Assembly (NCBI GenBank): GCA_030599585.1
Contig: JAUVNS010000002.1
Location: 128,001-192,000 of the forward strand
Origin: Promethearchaeota archaeon
Lineage (GTDB): Archaea > Asgardarchaeota > Lokiarchaeia > Sigyniarchaeales > SOKP01
Direction of reading: 5' to 3'
DNA length: 64,000 nucleotides
Every line of letters starts with the position of its first letter. Position 1 is the stretch's first letter. The notes below the pieces were generated by a model. The model was not told where the DNA came from, ran no database searches, and was given only the letters and a program-made list of their open reading frames with translations. A program made the position numbers and the translations under genes. Below, in pieces: positions 19,359 to 29,967 of the stretch.

Positions 19359-20384
19359 GTGAATAGTAAGAAAACAATAGTCTGTTTTAGCTCTAAAGTT
19401 TCTATTGAAGTCCAAAATCATCTAAAAGAAAATTTAAAATCGCTTTCAAATGTAATACTTATGTTTCCAGAAGATACATCGGATGATTATCTAAAAAACA
19501 TAGTTTCGGAGGTAGATGTCCTAATCGGATGGAGGCCGTCTAAAATTTTATTAGAATCCGGAAAAAATTTGAAGGTATTTATTAATCCAGGAGCAGGTGT
19601 TAACCATCTGTTAGACTTATTTATTGAATTAAATAGATCGAGAAAAGTCACCTTAATTAACGGGCATGGAAATTCCTACTTTGTGGCTCAACATGCTGTC
19701 GCATTGCTTCTAACTCTTACCAATAAAACAATACCACATCACATTTGGTTGAAAGAAGGAAAATGGAGGACTGGCGATCAAGATGCTGCTTCAATTCCGT
19801 TGCGTTTTCGTGAAGTTGGGTTGCTAGGTTATGGTGCAATTAATAAAAGGGTTCATCAATTTCTTGCTGGTTTTGACATAAAGTTTCATATTCTAAGAAA
19901 AAATTGGAATAAACAACATGATAAATTACCGACAGAAGCAAAGAAATATAGTATTGCTGAGTTAGATGCTTTTTTAAAAGATATAGATGTTTTAATGATA
20001 GCTGTCCCCCACACTTCACTAACTTCGGAGATGATTAAAATTAGAGAGCTTACTCTATTAGGACCTAAAGGACTGATTATCAATGTTGCAAGAGGAGATA
20101 TAATAAATCAAGAAGATTTATACCACGCTTTAAAAAATAAGACAATTTTGGGAGCAGCTATAGATGTCTGGTATGATTATCACCCCAAAGTTAGCAAGGA
20201 AGGATTAAAATATCCGTACGAATTTCCCTTTCATAACCTCGATAACATTGTTTTATCACCTCATAGAGGCTATTCCCCTTTTAATGATCTCTTAAGATGG
20301 AATGAAGTTATCGAAAATATTAATCGAATAAGTCAAGGTCGAAATGATTTAATCAATATTGTTAATCTTAAAGAAGAATACTAA
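19359..20384 (+). CDS. D-isomer-specific 2-hydroxyacid dehydrogenase
   Basis: GLLGYGAI, INVARG, AAIDVW, SPHRG. Confidence 0.9.
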   Translation: MNSKKTIVCFSSKVSIEVQNHLKENLKSLSNVILMFPEDTSDDYLKNIVSEVDVLIGWRPSKILLESGKNLKVFINPGAGVNHLLDLFIELNRSRKVTLINGHGNSYFVAQHAVALLLTLTNKTIPHHIWLKEGKWRTGDQDAASIPLRFREVGLLGYGAINKRVHQFLAGFDIKFHILRKNWNKQHDKLPTEAKKYSIAELDAFLKDIDVLMIAVPHTSLTSEMIKIRELTLLGPKGLIINVARGDIINQEDLYHALKNKTILGAAIDVWYDYHPKVSKEGLKYPYEFPFHNLDNIVLSPHRGYSPFNDLLRWNEVIENINRISQGRNDLINIVNLKEEY

Positions 20385-20933
20385 TAGTAGAATTAAAAAT
20401 ATGTCAAAAAAAGGTGACAGTTTTTTTTACACTATTAGAAAACCATAGTTCAATAATATTTCGAATTTTTAGAGAACAAGGGAGATATTATTGGAGAATA
20501 AATAATCACTAGTAATTGATTAAAAAAATGTGTGCATTTCTAATACAGATTTATAATATAAATAAAAATTTATTAAGTTCTGATAATTTCAGAATTTTCT
20601 TGCGAAAAAGAGGATATATAATTTTTTTTTACGAATTTAATAAGTTGACATTAATTGTATTCTAATTTGAATAAAAAATGAAATTAATTCAAATAGAATA
20701 AAAATTTTTCAAAAATATTTTCAATTATTACCTTAAAATGATGGTCTTTAACTTTGGCGTAACATATAGGACCAGAATAAGATAATGGGATAAGATTTAT
20801 ACTAAATTATAAAATTGGAAAAATATTTTTTATAAAAATATATTAACCCACTAAAAAAAAATGTTTAAATAGTATTTTGTAATAAATAATTATATAACGA
20901 ATAATCAGAAAAAAATATGGTTAAGGCGATTTC

Positions 20934-21224
20934 ATGAAAATTGTTACTGTAAATGTACCTGAAAGTTATATAGAGGCAATAAAAAAATTAATTGGGCGAG
21001 ACGGATTGTACCCTAGTCGATCAGAATTGATAAGATGTGCTGTTAGAGAGTTTTTAATAAAAGAACTTAAGCTTGCTAATAATATGGCAAAATATAATGA
21101 AGTAGAAATCGAGGATTTTGACGATAAAAATTTTGTAAGAGTACCAATAGAAACTGTAAATGAAAAATCTGAACCAGTTCGGGAATTTAGAACTTATAAA
21201 ATTTTAAAGAGGTTGGAACACTAA
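20934..21224 (+). CDS. CopG/RHH transcriptional regulator
   Basis: MKIVTVNVPE..LYPSRSELIRCAVREFL. Confidence 0.88.
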   Translation: MKIVTVNVPESYIEAIKKLIGRDGLYPSRSELIRCAVREFLIKELKLANNMAKYNEVEIEDFDDKNFVRVPIETVNEKSEPVREFRTYKILKRLEH

Positions 21225-21576
21225 AAAATAAAATCATTTAATTATATACGATTTTTCTAACAAGGAATGGCAAACTTTTGCTTTTTTCTATTTTTCTTTT
21301 TTTTATGTTATTTGAAGTGTGCGTAAATGAATAATATTTTATTCACTACACTATTGTATAAATGAACAAAATTCTGTTTTTTTGCCTTATACTAGGTAAA
21401 ATTTTCATTTAACCTAGAAGTTATTCTAAGTATTATACAATCTTAATCTCAACTATATAAAACTCATTTTTTAAAGTGTTTAAGTTAAATTTTTAAGAGA
21501 AGCAAATTCTAATAATGATATTACTAATAGTAAAGGGTGTAATAATATTTCGAGCAAAAGAATATTTCCCGATTTT

Positions 21577-22812
21577 ATGGAGTGGGGTATCATCTCAACT
21601 AAAAACTTTGCTGGAAAAACAACATACGATGTTCCAATTAAAAGATGGGACCCGTTATCAACTGTGACTATAAGAACTGAAGATTTTGGCCTAAGAAAAG
21701 AAAAAATTAAATTTTATGGTCATTACGCTTATATTAGCCCCGTTCGTGGCCAAAGGCCAAAAGGTTTTACAACAATTGAAGAAAAAAGACAGTTTTACGA
21801 TTGTTCAAAGAAAAGTGCGCTCAAACATAAAGATATTTTTACTTCGATTACAGAAGGAAGGGTAATTCATGATGACTGGGGAAAACAGTTAGGTGATGGT
21901 TTTACGATTATTATTACAGAAGATGAGAAAAGAAAAGACAATCCCTTTTTAGAAATGCCACATCCAGCCCAGAGAATACCAAACGATTGTAAAGCTTTAA
22001 CCCTAATTAACAGATATCCGTCTATGGCTCGAATTGTTGATCCTGAAATTGAAAAAGTAATTACAGATAAATTACCTTTACATTTGAAACTCTCGAGGGG
22101 AATAAATTTAGTTACGATATCTAGAGATTTCTACCCCTCCTTGTGCTTTAATTTAATACCTGAAGATGTCTTAGCCGGAATTTTTCTTTCAATGAAAGCA
22201 GCAATTCTTTATTGTGTGGAAGAAGCTATCGAAAGGGATTATTACGATATTCCAGTAACACCATTCTTTAACATAGGCATTAAAGTTGGCGGCTCGCAAC
22301 CTCGTATACACGGTCAAGTCTTTATTGATTTGAATATGGACGGTCACGGAAGCCGATTAGAAGGTCATCTTGAAGCTTTTAAAGAAATGGGGGACACATG
22401 TCATCTATGTCAGACTTCTCATGGAGATAGCGATCGTGTAATATTAAAAACTGAATATTGGACTTTTTATACCACGGGAAGCCCAGTAAGGAACTATCAT
22501 ATTCGTTTTCATCCAAATGAACATTTACGAAGGTTTTCTCAATTAAAAGTCAACCAATTAAGTGATTTAGCAAAAATCCTTAGGATCATCTTTCAAGGTT
22601 TAGATGATATTTCTATCGATAAAAACCGAAATATTCTCTTTAACTGTTGTCCCTTTCACTATGACGCAAATTTTCATCTTTTTGGCGATATTATCCCGCA
22701 TGAAATTATTGGGGGCGCTGAAATGGTAGATGACATGAGAGTTGCAAGGAAATTACCCCATATCGCCGCAAAGGAGATAAGGGATTCGATTCAAAAATAT
22801 ATTACTTATTGA
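21577..22812 (+). CDS. GalT-like (HIT superfamily) sugar-1-phosphate nucleotidyltransferase
   Basis: SPVRGQRP, INRYP, NIG..GGSQPRIHGQ, CHLC, FHLF..GGAE. Confidence 0.75.
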   Translation: MEWGIISTKNFAGKTTYDVPIKRWDPLSTVTIRTEDFGLRKEKIKFYGHYAYISPVRGQRPKGFTTIEEKRQFYDCSKKSALKHKDIFTSITEGRVIHDDWGKQLGDGFTIIITEDEKRKDNPFLEMPHPAQRIPNDCKALTLINRYPSMARIVDPEIEKVITDKLPLHLKLSRGINLVTISRDFYPSLCFNLIPEDVLAGIFLSMKAAILYCVEEAIERDYYDIPVTPFFNIGIKVGGSQPRIHGQVFIDLNMDGHGSRLEGHLEAFKEMGDTCHLCQTSHGDSDRVILKTEYWTFYTTGSPVRNYHIRFHPNEHLRRFSQLKVNQLSDLAKILRIIFQGLDDISIDKNRNILFNCCPFHYDANFHLFGDIIPHEIIGGAEMVDDMRVARKLPHIAAKEIRDSIQKYITY

Positions 22813-22879
22813 AAGTGGTAATAGATTTATATCTATTATTCACCATATAAATAATTAAAAAAAAATTGAGAGGTTCAAT

Positions 22880-24028
22880 TTGAAAGAATGGTCTGCCATA
22901 ATACTTGCTGGAGGAAGAGGAAAAAGACTCTTACCTTTAACTTCGCTTATCCCCAAGCCATTAGTGAAGGTAACAAATAAACCAATGGTAGATTATTCAA
23001 TAGCTCACCTTATTTACGCAAACATCAAGCATATTGTTCTTGCACTAGCTTATATGGGTAAGGAATTAAAAGAATACATAGAAAAAACTTGGACCCCCGA
23101 TAGATTAGGCGATGTTGAGTTAGAATGTATTATTCAAGAGAGTAAAGGAACCGCAGATGCGTATCGATTATTAGCCGATAAAATTGATTCTGACAACATT
23201 GTTGTAAGTATGGCAGATATCGTTACTAACCTCCCAATGAAGAGTTTTATGGATTTTCACTTGGAGAAAGGTGGAATAAGTACTATTTCTATGAAAACCA
23301 GCGAAAGTCATACGAGCCAGTATGGTGTTGTTCTACTAGATAATAATAGGAAAATTTACTTATTTTTAGAAAAACCGGCTCCTATGGAGTTGTATTTAAG
23401 CAGCATGGCTCAAAGAACAGATTTGTTTTTACACACAAACATAATTAATACCGGAATCTATTGTTTTAAAAAAGAGATTGCTGGAATGTTACAAGAGACA
23501 GGATTAATGGATTTTGGGAGCGAAGTTTTCCCATATCTCCTTGAAAATTCCTATGATCTCTTTGGGTTTGTGAAGAATTATTATTGGTTAGATTGTGGTA
23601 ATTCCCAAACTTATTTGTGGGCAAATTGGGACTTATTACGAAAATATTCTTGGCCGATTACACCGAATGGTGAAGAATATGATGGAGTTTTTGTTATGGG
23701 AATAATTGATTCAGGACAAAATGCTAAAATTGAAAAACCTACTTGTTTTGGGAAAAATGTTGAACTTCTTAATAGAGCAAAAATAAAACCGTTAACTTCC
23801 ATAGGAAATCGTGTTAAAGTAGGGGAAGATACAATTATTGAGAAGAGTGTAATATGGGACGATGTAAAAATTGGTGCAGGGTGCCGAATAGACGAGTCTA
23901 TTGTATGTAACAATTGCGACATAGGTGATAATGTAGTCCTACATAATGCAATTGTAGCACCAAATAGCCGAATTAGTAGCGACACCCAGATAAGAGACAA
24001 AACTCTTGATTTGGGTACTGATATCTAA
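22880..24028 (+). CDS. NDP-sugar pyrophosphorylase (mannose-1-P guanylyltransferase / glucose-1-P nucleotidyltransferase family)
   Basis: LAGGRGKRLLPLT..PKP, FLEKP, NTGIY, YWLDCG, C-terminal left-handed beta-helix. Confidence 0.9.
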   Translation: MKEWSAIILAGGRGKRLLPLTSLIPKPLVKVTNKPMVDYSIAHLIYANIKHIVLALAYMGKELKEYIEKTWTPDRLGDVELECIIQESKGTADAYRLLADKIDSDNIVVSMADIVTNLPMKSFMDFHLEKGGISTISMKTSESHTSQYGVVLLDNNRKIYLFLEKPAPMELYLSSMAQRTDLFLHTNIINTGIYCFKKEIAGMLQETGLMDFGSEVFPYLLENSYDLFGFVKNYYWLDCGNSQTYLWANWDLLRKYSWPITPNGEEYDGVFVMGIIDSGQNAKIEKPTCFGKNVELLNRAKIKPLTSIGNRVKVGEDTIIEKSVIWDDVKIGAGCRIDESIVCNNCDIGDNVVLHNAIVAPNSRISSDTQIRDKTLDLGTDI

Positions 24029-24044
24029 GCTCTAAAAAAAGGTC

Positions 24045-27000
24045 TTAAGTTTGAGAATAATTATGCAAATCATCTAATAACTTAACAACCTGGAAGTTAG
24101 TGGTTTTTGAAACTTTTTTGATCATTAGATAATAATCTAATAACTTCTTTAATTCCTCATCTGTATCCTCTATTGATTTAACGAGTAATTCAATAATAGC
24201 AATTACCCACATCCATTTAATAAAATTATCAAATAATTCAGCATTATACCATAGAAGCTGTTGAAATCGGTTTACCTTTAAATATTGTTGTACTTCGGGA
24301 TCGCTAAAAAACATTTGGAAAACGGAATACAAATCCTTTTTGCCATTTATAACTAAATTAGACCAATCTTGTAAACCTATCATTAACTTAATAATTGAAT
24401 CGACTTCTAATCTCTCATCCTTTTTATCTTTGCCCAAATCATTCAATGTTTTGTTAATATACTTAGAGAGCCGCCATTCATCAAATAAACTTCGACTTAG
24501 GAACTTATAATTATCATTGGATTCAAATCGCCCTAATTGGTGAACTATAAGATACGAAAATATTATCCCCCATTCAACTTCAGAAGATGGAAGTAAGTTG
24601 ATAAAAATATCTTTATATTCCTCTGGAATTCTCAGTTCTCCTACATTATGTCTTAATTTAAGTATTACTTTACTTCTCAATATGATGTCATTCTTGATAT
24701 CCGTATAATCCTTTTGACTTGATGAATACTTTTTTACTTCAAGTAAAAATGCATCTAGATTATTGTAAATCAATTCCGCTTCTTTTTTTACTTTATTTGG
24801 ATTTAGTAGATATTTTAATGAGCTCGTATTGATTAAAATCTTAAAAGATTCATGCAAGGGTTGATATACTAGTTCGTGTAGAGTTTCATGCATGTTAGGG
24901 ACACCCCTACCATTTAAAAGATCATGAAGCTGGGCATAATGGAAAAACTCATTATCGTTGATAATTTGAAAGTCCATAAACAAGAACTTTTGATATGCAT
25001 GGAGTTCAATATATAAACCATCATCATGGAGTTCCTTATTCCGTCTTATGTATTCCAATCCAGTTATAGAATCTTTAAAGATACAATATCCCTCCACAGG
25101 TAATTTTAAACCCTCTGCTAAGGTTATCTGGATTATCTGTTTATTATCGTCTACTTTTTGCGCAATTCCAACTGAATTTTTGATATAGCCGTTTACTTCA
25201 GCGTATTTATTATGAAAAATTATTAATGCACGTTCATTATTAACCCGATTAGAATACGCAAATACATCTTCGTTAACAACACTACCGGTCCAAAAGTCAT
25301 ACAGCAAAAAATTAGTAACATTAGCATAAAGATATCGTTTCTTCATAATCGGGAATAAAATTTCCTTATGGTGCTCAAGTAAACCTAAATTGATCCCTTC
25401 ATCCCAGTAAGCGCGTCTGTATTCCATACCATACTTTTCTTTATATCCCTCGATTTGCCCATGGCCAAACATTGGAAGTCCTGGCATGGTTACCAACATT
25501 ACGCAAACACCAAAGTATTTATCTCCATCACCAAATTGCTTTATAGCAGTTTCCTCATCTGGATTACTCATAAAATTTACGAATCTTTTAAGTATTTCCG
25601 GATCGAATTGGAGTGTATTTTTTAATACTAAACGATACATAGCGTTATCTTCGTCCCTAAGCATATTCATAAAGGCGGAATTATATACACGGTGCATCCC
25701 TAATGTTCTCACAAAAAATCCTTCAAGCAACCAGAATGCCTCTGCCAGTAATAACGTGTCTGGGTTTTCCTTATTAATTCTGTCAACAACTTCTCGCCAA
25801 AACTCTGATGGCATCGCCTTATAAAACTCATCTTTGGAAATTCCTTGCTCCGCTCTTGAAGGAATAGCACCTCCAGTTCCAGGTTCTGGAAACCATAATC
25901 TTTGGTAATGTTTTCTCGTGAGGGTCATGGCGGCATCAAACCGAATAATAGGGAACATTTTAGAAATGTGCAAAATAGTCTGAATAACTGCTTCTCGAAC
26001 TTCTGGATTTAAAAAATCTAATTGCGCTGTATCATTCCATGGAAAACTAGTACCGTCATTTCCATGATAAACATACTTGATTTCACCAGTACGAAAATTT
26101 ACGTGTTTAAATGTAACGGCGGCATCGGTTCTAGTAAAATATTTATCTTCTATATATATACCTACATTAGGATCTCCAGATAAGTTCTCACCTGAAAAAC
26201 TGTAGGATGGAAACGGAGAATATGGTAGAGAAATATACCAATCGGGATGTTCTAGTACCCATTTTGAAACAATTCCAGTGTGATTAGGCACCATATCACA
26301 GGCGAGACGAATTCCTCTCTCTTTAGCCCTATTTTTTAAATTGTCATAAGAATCGTAACCTCCTAAATCATGCGCGATGACATAATCGTAAGTTGAATAA
26401 GCACTTGCTTCTGCTTCGGGATTACCACACCATCTTTTAATCGTTTTGGACGCTTGACTTCTTTCCCATAATCCAATAAGCCAAAGACCGGTAAAACCCC
26501 ATTCTTTCAGTTGAGTTAATTCTTCATTGGGAATATCATGTAATTTGGTAATTGTTCTCTCGTACTTTTTCGAAAGCTGATCCATCCACACGTAAATATT
26601 TTTGGCGATCATGATTACCTTTGGCATCCATTCTTTATCGATAGTATAATTTTCTATTTCCAAAGAATCATATTCATAAGCTTCTGAATCTCCAGGACCT
26701 AGTCCTCTTAACATCTCTTCTTCTCTTATAATATCAAGAGCGATTAAGATTTGGAATGTATACTTTCCTAATATTGACCCCCAACTGTCATGGATATGCG
26801 TTAATTGTTCTCGAATTGAATGTGGATATTTTTCTATCGGTTCTTTCAACATTTCAATTAAGTTTTGATTATTAGGTCCAAATTTAGTTTGTTCTTCAAA
26901 AAAATTAGAGATCTCATCAACTATTTCCCTATAAGCTGTCCGTTTTTCAAGCGATTCATCGTCAAATAACTCGATAAAAGGAGAATAGGAGGGATTCATA

Positions 27001-27458
27001 TTTCCGAGCCAAAGATTTACAAATTCATCAACAAAATGGATTTCGTTTTCAACTCCCTCAACCTTATCTTTTAAAAACACTTCAATTTTTTCTTCTTCTT
27101 GGTATACAATATCAGGAGGAAATTCCTCTATCAAGGAGTAGATTGCCCCATTTAATTTAGAACTGCCAATCTTTTTTTCTAAAAATTCATAAAGTTCGTT
27201 ATTTAACAGTGAATTCTGGGTTTCTTCTTTGTACAAATTGTACAGGAATTTATTAATTTCGTATATTAATGCCATTCCATTAAATTCACCAATTCGAATA
27301 GCAATTTCCGGATAATTAATTAAATCTCTTTTTTGATTTAATTTTTGAACGAGCATCCTAACTAAATGGATATTTCCGTTAAATTCAATATTACCCTTTT
27401 CTGAAAATTTAAATTCAGCAAATTCGTACTTATTCCTTGCGTCTCTCGAGATTTTCAT
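24045..27458 (-). CDS. Large GH13 alpha-amylase-family protein
   Basis: DMVPNH, IRFDAAM (nucleophile), LAEAFW (acid/base), SNPDE. Confidence 0.88.
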   Translation of the reverse strand: MKISRDARNKYEFAEFKFSEKGNIEFNGNIHLVRMLVQKLNQKRDLINYPEIAIRIGEFNGMALIYEINKFLYNLYKEETQNSLLNNELYEFLEKKIGSSKLNGAIYSLIEEFPPDIVYQEEEKIEVFLKDKVEGVENEIHFVDEFVNLWLGNMNPSYSPFIELFDDESLEKRTAYREIVDEISNFFEEQTKFGPNNQNLIEMLKEPIEKYPHSIREQLTHIHDSWGSILGKYTFQILIALDIIREEEMLRGLGPGDSEAYEYDSLEIENYTIDKEWMPKVIMIAKNIYVWMDQLSKKYERTITKLHDIPNEELTQLKEWGFTGLWLIGLWERSQASKTIKRWCGNPEAEASAYSTYDYVIAHDLGGYDSYDNLKNRAKERGIRLACDMVPNHTGIVSKWVLEHPDWYISLPYSPFPSYSFSGENLSGDPNVGIYIEDKYFTRTDAAVTFKHVNFRTGEIKYVYHGNDGTSFPWNDTAQLDFLNPEVREAVIQTILHISKMFPIIRFDAAMTLTRKHYQRLWFPEPGTGGAIPSRAEQGISKDEFYKAMPSEFWREVVDRINKENPDTLLLAEAFWLLEGFFVRTLGMHRVYNSAFMNMLRDEDNAMYRLVLKNTLQFDPEILKRFVNFMSNPDEETAIKQFGDGDKYFGVCVMLVTMPGLPMFGHGQIEGYKEKYGMEYRRAYWDEGINLGLLEHHKEILFPIMKKRYLYANVTNFLLYDFWTGSVVNEDVFAYSNRVNNERALIIFHNKYAEVNGYIKNSVGIAQKVDDNKQIIQITLAEGLKLPVEGYCIFKDSITGLEYIRRNKELHDDGLYIELHAYQKFLFMDFQIINDNEFFHYAQLHDLLNGRGVPNMHETLHELVYQPLHESFKILINTSSLKYLLNPNKVKKEAELIYNNLDAFLLEVKKYSSSQKDYTDIKNDIILRSKVILKLRHNVGELRIPEEYKDIFINLLPSSEVEWGIIFSYLIVHQLGRFESNDNYKFLSRSLFDEWRLSKYINKTLNDLGKDKKDERLEVDSIIKLMIGLQDWSNLVINGKKDLYSVFQMFFSDPEVQQYLKVNRFQQLLWYNAELFDNFIKWMWVIAIIELLVKSIEDTDEELKKLLDYYLMIKKVSKTTNFQVVKLLDDLHNYSQT

Positions 27459-27533
27459 GAGAATTACAACTCATTACTCTAACATTTATTAAAAGTACCC
27501 TAATGTTAATTGACAAATGTATTTTAAAACAAG

Positions 27534-27574
27534 CTATACTAATTATATTTATATATACTATACTAATTATATTT
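27534..27574. repeat. Perfect 17-bp direct repeat CTATACTAATTATATTT x2 in a divergent promoter
   Basis: Copies at 27534-27550 and 27558-27574. Confidence 0.7.
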
Positions 27575-27602
27575 TCGATAATTCAAAATTTGAAAAGTTA
27601 AA

Positions 27603-28988
27603 ATGTCTTCACGCGTACAAAAGTTAGATGAACTTAACAAAAATGGCCGAATTGTAGGAAGGGCTAATTATATATTTACACCCGAGATAGCGAGTTCTAT
27701 TGGTTCTATTCATGGGAGTTCTTTTAAGAAAGACGAAACTATTGTTATTGGACGAGATTATCATAACGATAGCCGCATGTTGAAGAGAGGTTATACTGCG
27801 GGAGTAATGAGTACTGGAGTGAATGTATTAAATCTAACAGAATGTACATTTCCATTATTAGAATTCACCATAAGACGATTTGGAGCAAGTGGAGGTGCCT
27901 ATTTTTCAGGAGGTCATCTATATAGTGAAGATGTAGGAGTAAGATTTGCAGATGCTGGAGGTATAGAATTAGCACCTCAAGAAATAAAAAAAATCATTGA
28001 GTCATACAATACTTACCCCGCTCAAATTAGACGCGTCGATCCCAGAAGGATTGGACGTATTATTGCAATCCCTCAGACTCAAGATGTGTATACAAAATCA
28101 TTAGAACAATTTGTCAGCAAAAAGCTTATCAAAGAGGCTGATTTAAAAATAGTAGTTGATTGTTCTTTCAGTCCAACTGGTAAAATAACTCCACTCTTAT
28201 TTAATGAAGTAGGGGTTGAAGTAATTGCCCTAAATACGCATTACCGTGAGAGGTCACTAGTTCCAGTTCCAAGCATAAATACTATTAAAAATACCGCGGA
28301 TATCGTAAAAGCATCAAATAGTCATTTAGGAGTGTGTTTTGACGTTGACGGATCACGATTATTGGTAGTTGATGAAAATGGCTTGGAGGTTAGCTTCGAG
28401 GAACTTTTGATGTTTTTCATTACATACGACCAGCGAATCCAAAAAGCTAAAAATAGTACGATAATTACAACTCCGTCAATCTCTCGCGTTGTTAAAGATT
28501 TTATAAAGGAGAGTGGGCATCCACTTAAACTTGTAGAAAATTATCCCGGAGAGCTTTCTCGTCAAATAAGACAAGAAAGAGCTTGTTTTGCTGCAGCAGA
28601 TTCCTTAAAATTTTACTTTCCTCATTATTCTCCAATAAGCGATGGAAACTATATTTTACTCAAAATTTTAGAAATTATGGCTCTTCAAAAGGATTTAATA
28701 AGTTCTCTAAACAAAGGGTTTCCCAAGGGTATAAAAGTCAATAAAACAATACCAGTTTCGGCAGAAATTTTGGAAACAATCCACAACAAATTAATAGAGT
28801 TTGCAGATGAGCATAACTTAAAGTATCAAGATATCATCAATGAATTAAAAATAATTGACGATGATGTGTACGTAAATATTAAGGTTGCTCTTAATAGAAA
28901 TGCGATCTTACTCTCTGCAGAGTCGGACGACAAACACAAATCAGAAAAAATGATATCGGAGCTCTCAAAAATACTTTCCAAATTTTAA
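27603..28988 (+). CDS. Phosphoglucomutase/phosphomannomutase-like protein with degenerate active site
   Basis: IVIGRD..SRM, KIVVDC, FDVDGSR; the TASHNP loop is replaced by FSGGHLY. Confidence 0.8.
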   Translation: MSSRVQKLDELNKNGRIVGRANYIFTPEIASSIGSIHGSSFKKDETIVIGRDYHNDSRMLKRGYTAGVMSTGVNVLNLTECTFPLLEFTIRRFGASGGAYFSGGHLYSEDVGVRFADAGGIELAPQEIKKIIESYNTYPAQIRRVDPRRIGRIIAIPQTQDVYTKSLEQFVSKKLIKEADLKIVVDCSFSPTGKITPLLFNEVGVEVIALNTHYRERSLVPVPSINTIKNTADIVKASNSHLGVCFDVDGSRLLVVDENGLEVSFEELLMFFITYDQRIQKAKNSTIITTPSISRVVKDFIKESGHPLKLVENYPGELSRQIRQERACFAAADSLKFYFPHYSPISDGNYILLKILEIMALQKDLISSLNKGFPKGIKVNKTIPVSAEILETIHNKLIEFADEHNLKYQDIINELKIIDDDVYVNIKVALNRNAILLSAESDDKHKSEKMISELSKILSKF

Positions 28989-29161
28989 GCACCCAAAAAC
29001 ACTAAAATTTAATTACATGTAAGGTTAAATTATTACTAATTTTAGCATATTATTTTAATCCACGAAGCGAAATTAAAAATGGTCTGGTATTAATTTAAAA
29101 TAACATGTTATTATTATTATTATACTAAATTAAAAATAATAATTAGAAAAGAGTTTTTATT

Positions 29162-29857
29162 ATGGCTGTATTTGATATAAATTCTATGATTTTGGTAGGA
29201 GTTTTATTTGTTATTTTTGGAGTCTTTTTATTTTTCGATCTTTTCAAAAGAAACGAAAAGTATGGGTATTTAGCGTATATTATTGCTCTAGTACCAATAA
29301 ATTTCCTATGGTTTCTTCAGTTTGATGTTCTTGGAGTATATTTAATATTATTTATACTATGGAATTTATGCTTAATAAGGGATTTATTTGGTGTAGCACG
29401 AGAAAAAGATCCAAAACAAATCAACGATATATTATTGTACTTGGTATTAGGTGTTATCATACAAATAATTATTACAGCGATTTTACCTGTGTCAATCGTT
29501 AGCATGCAAACTAATACTATACCGTACGGATTTTTCTATTTCCCGGATATTTATACTGGTTCATTTGCTATTGAACCTTGGGTGAATTCTACATTATTGC
29601 TTGGCTTCCGAATTATTGCTTCTATGTTGATTGGGTTAGTCATTGTTCCTATGCTTGTTGATCTTAGAGACGAAGAGGTACCTCTTCCGGTGTTTATAGT
29701 TATAATTGGTTTGTTTATCCTACCTTTTCTCTACTTGAGCTACATTTGGCTTCCCGAAGCGATGGTAGTATTAACTATACTAATGAGCGTAATCCTTTTC
29801 GTTGTTCTGATGATTATAACAAAGAGTGGCAAGGAAGTCCAGAAAAAAAAGAAATAA
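29162..29857 (+). CDS. Polytopic membrane hypothetical protein
   Basis: About 7 hydrophobic segments and a basic C-tail. Confidence 0.75.
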   Translation: MAVFDINSMILVGVLFVIFGVFLFFDLFKRNEKYGYLAYIIALVPINFLWFLQFDVLGVYLILFILWNLCLIRDLFGVAREKDPKQINDILLYLVLGVIIQIIITAILPVSIVSMQTNTIPYGFFYFPDIYTGSFAIEPWVNSTLLLGFRIIASMLIGLVIVPMLVDLRDEEVPLPVFIVIIGLFILPFLYLSYIWLPEAMVVLTILMSVILFVVLMIITKSGKEVQKKKK

Positions 29858-29967
29858 ACTATAATTTTTATTTTTTTGTTATTATTTTTATATATATTGA
29901 ATTATACATTATCGTAAATTATCGAAATCAGTAAAAATAATATAAAACCATAAATGGTGTTAAGGTA

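Noticed and set aside
20934-21224. CdrS cell-division regulator assignment
   Set aside because: RHH of similar type, but no adjacent ftsZ; cannot be specified beyond the CopG family
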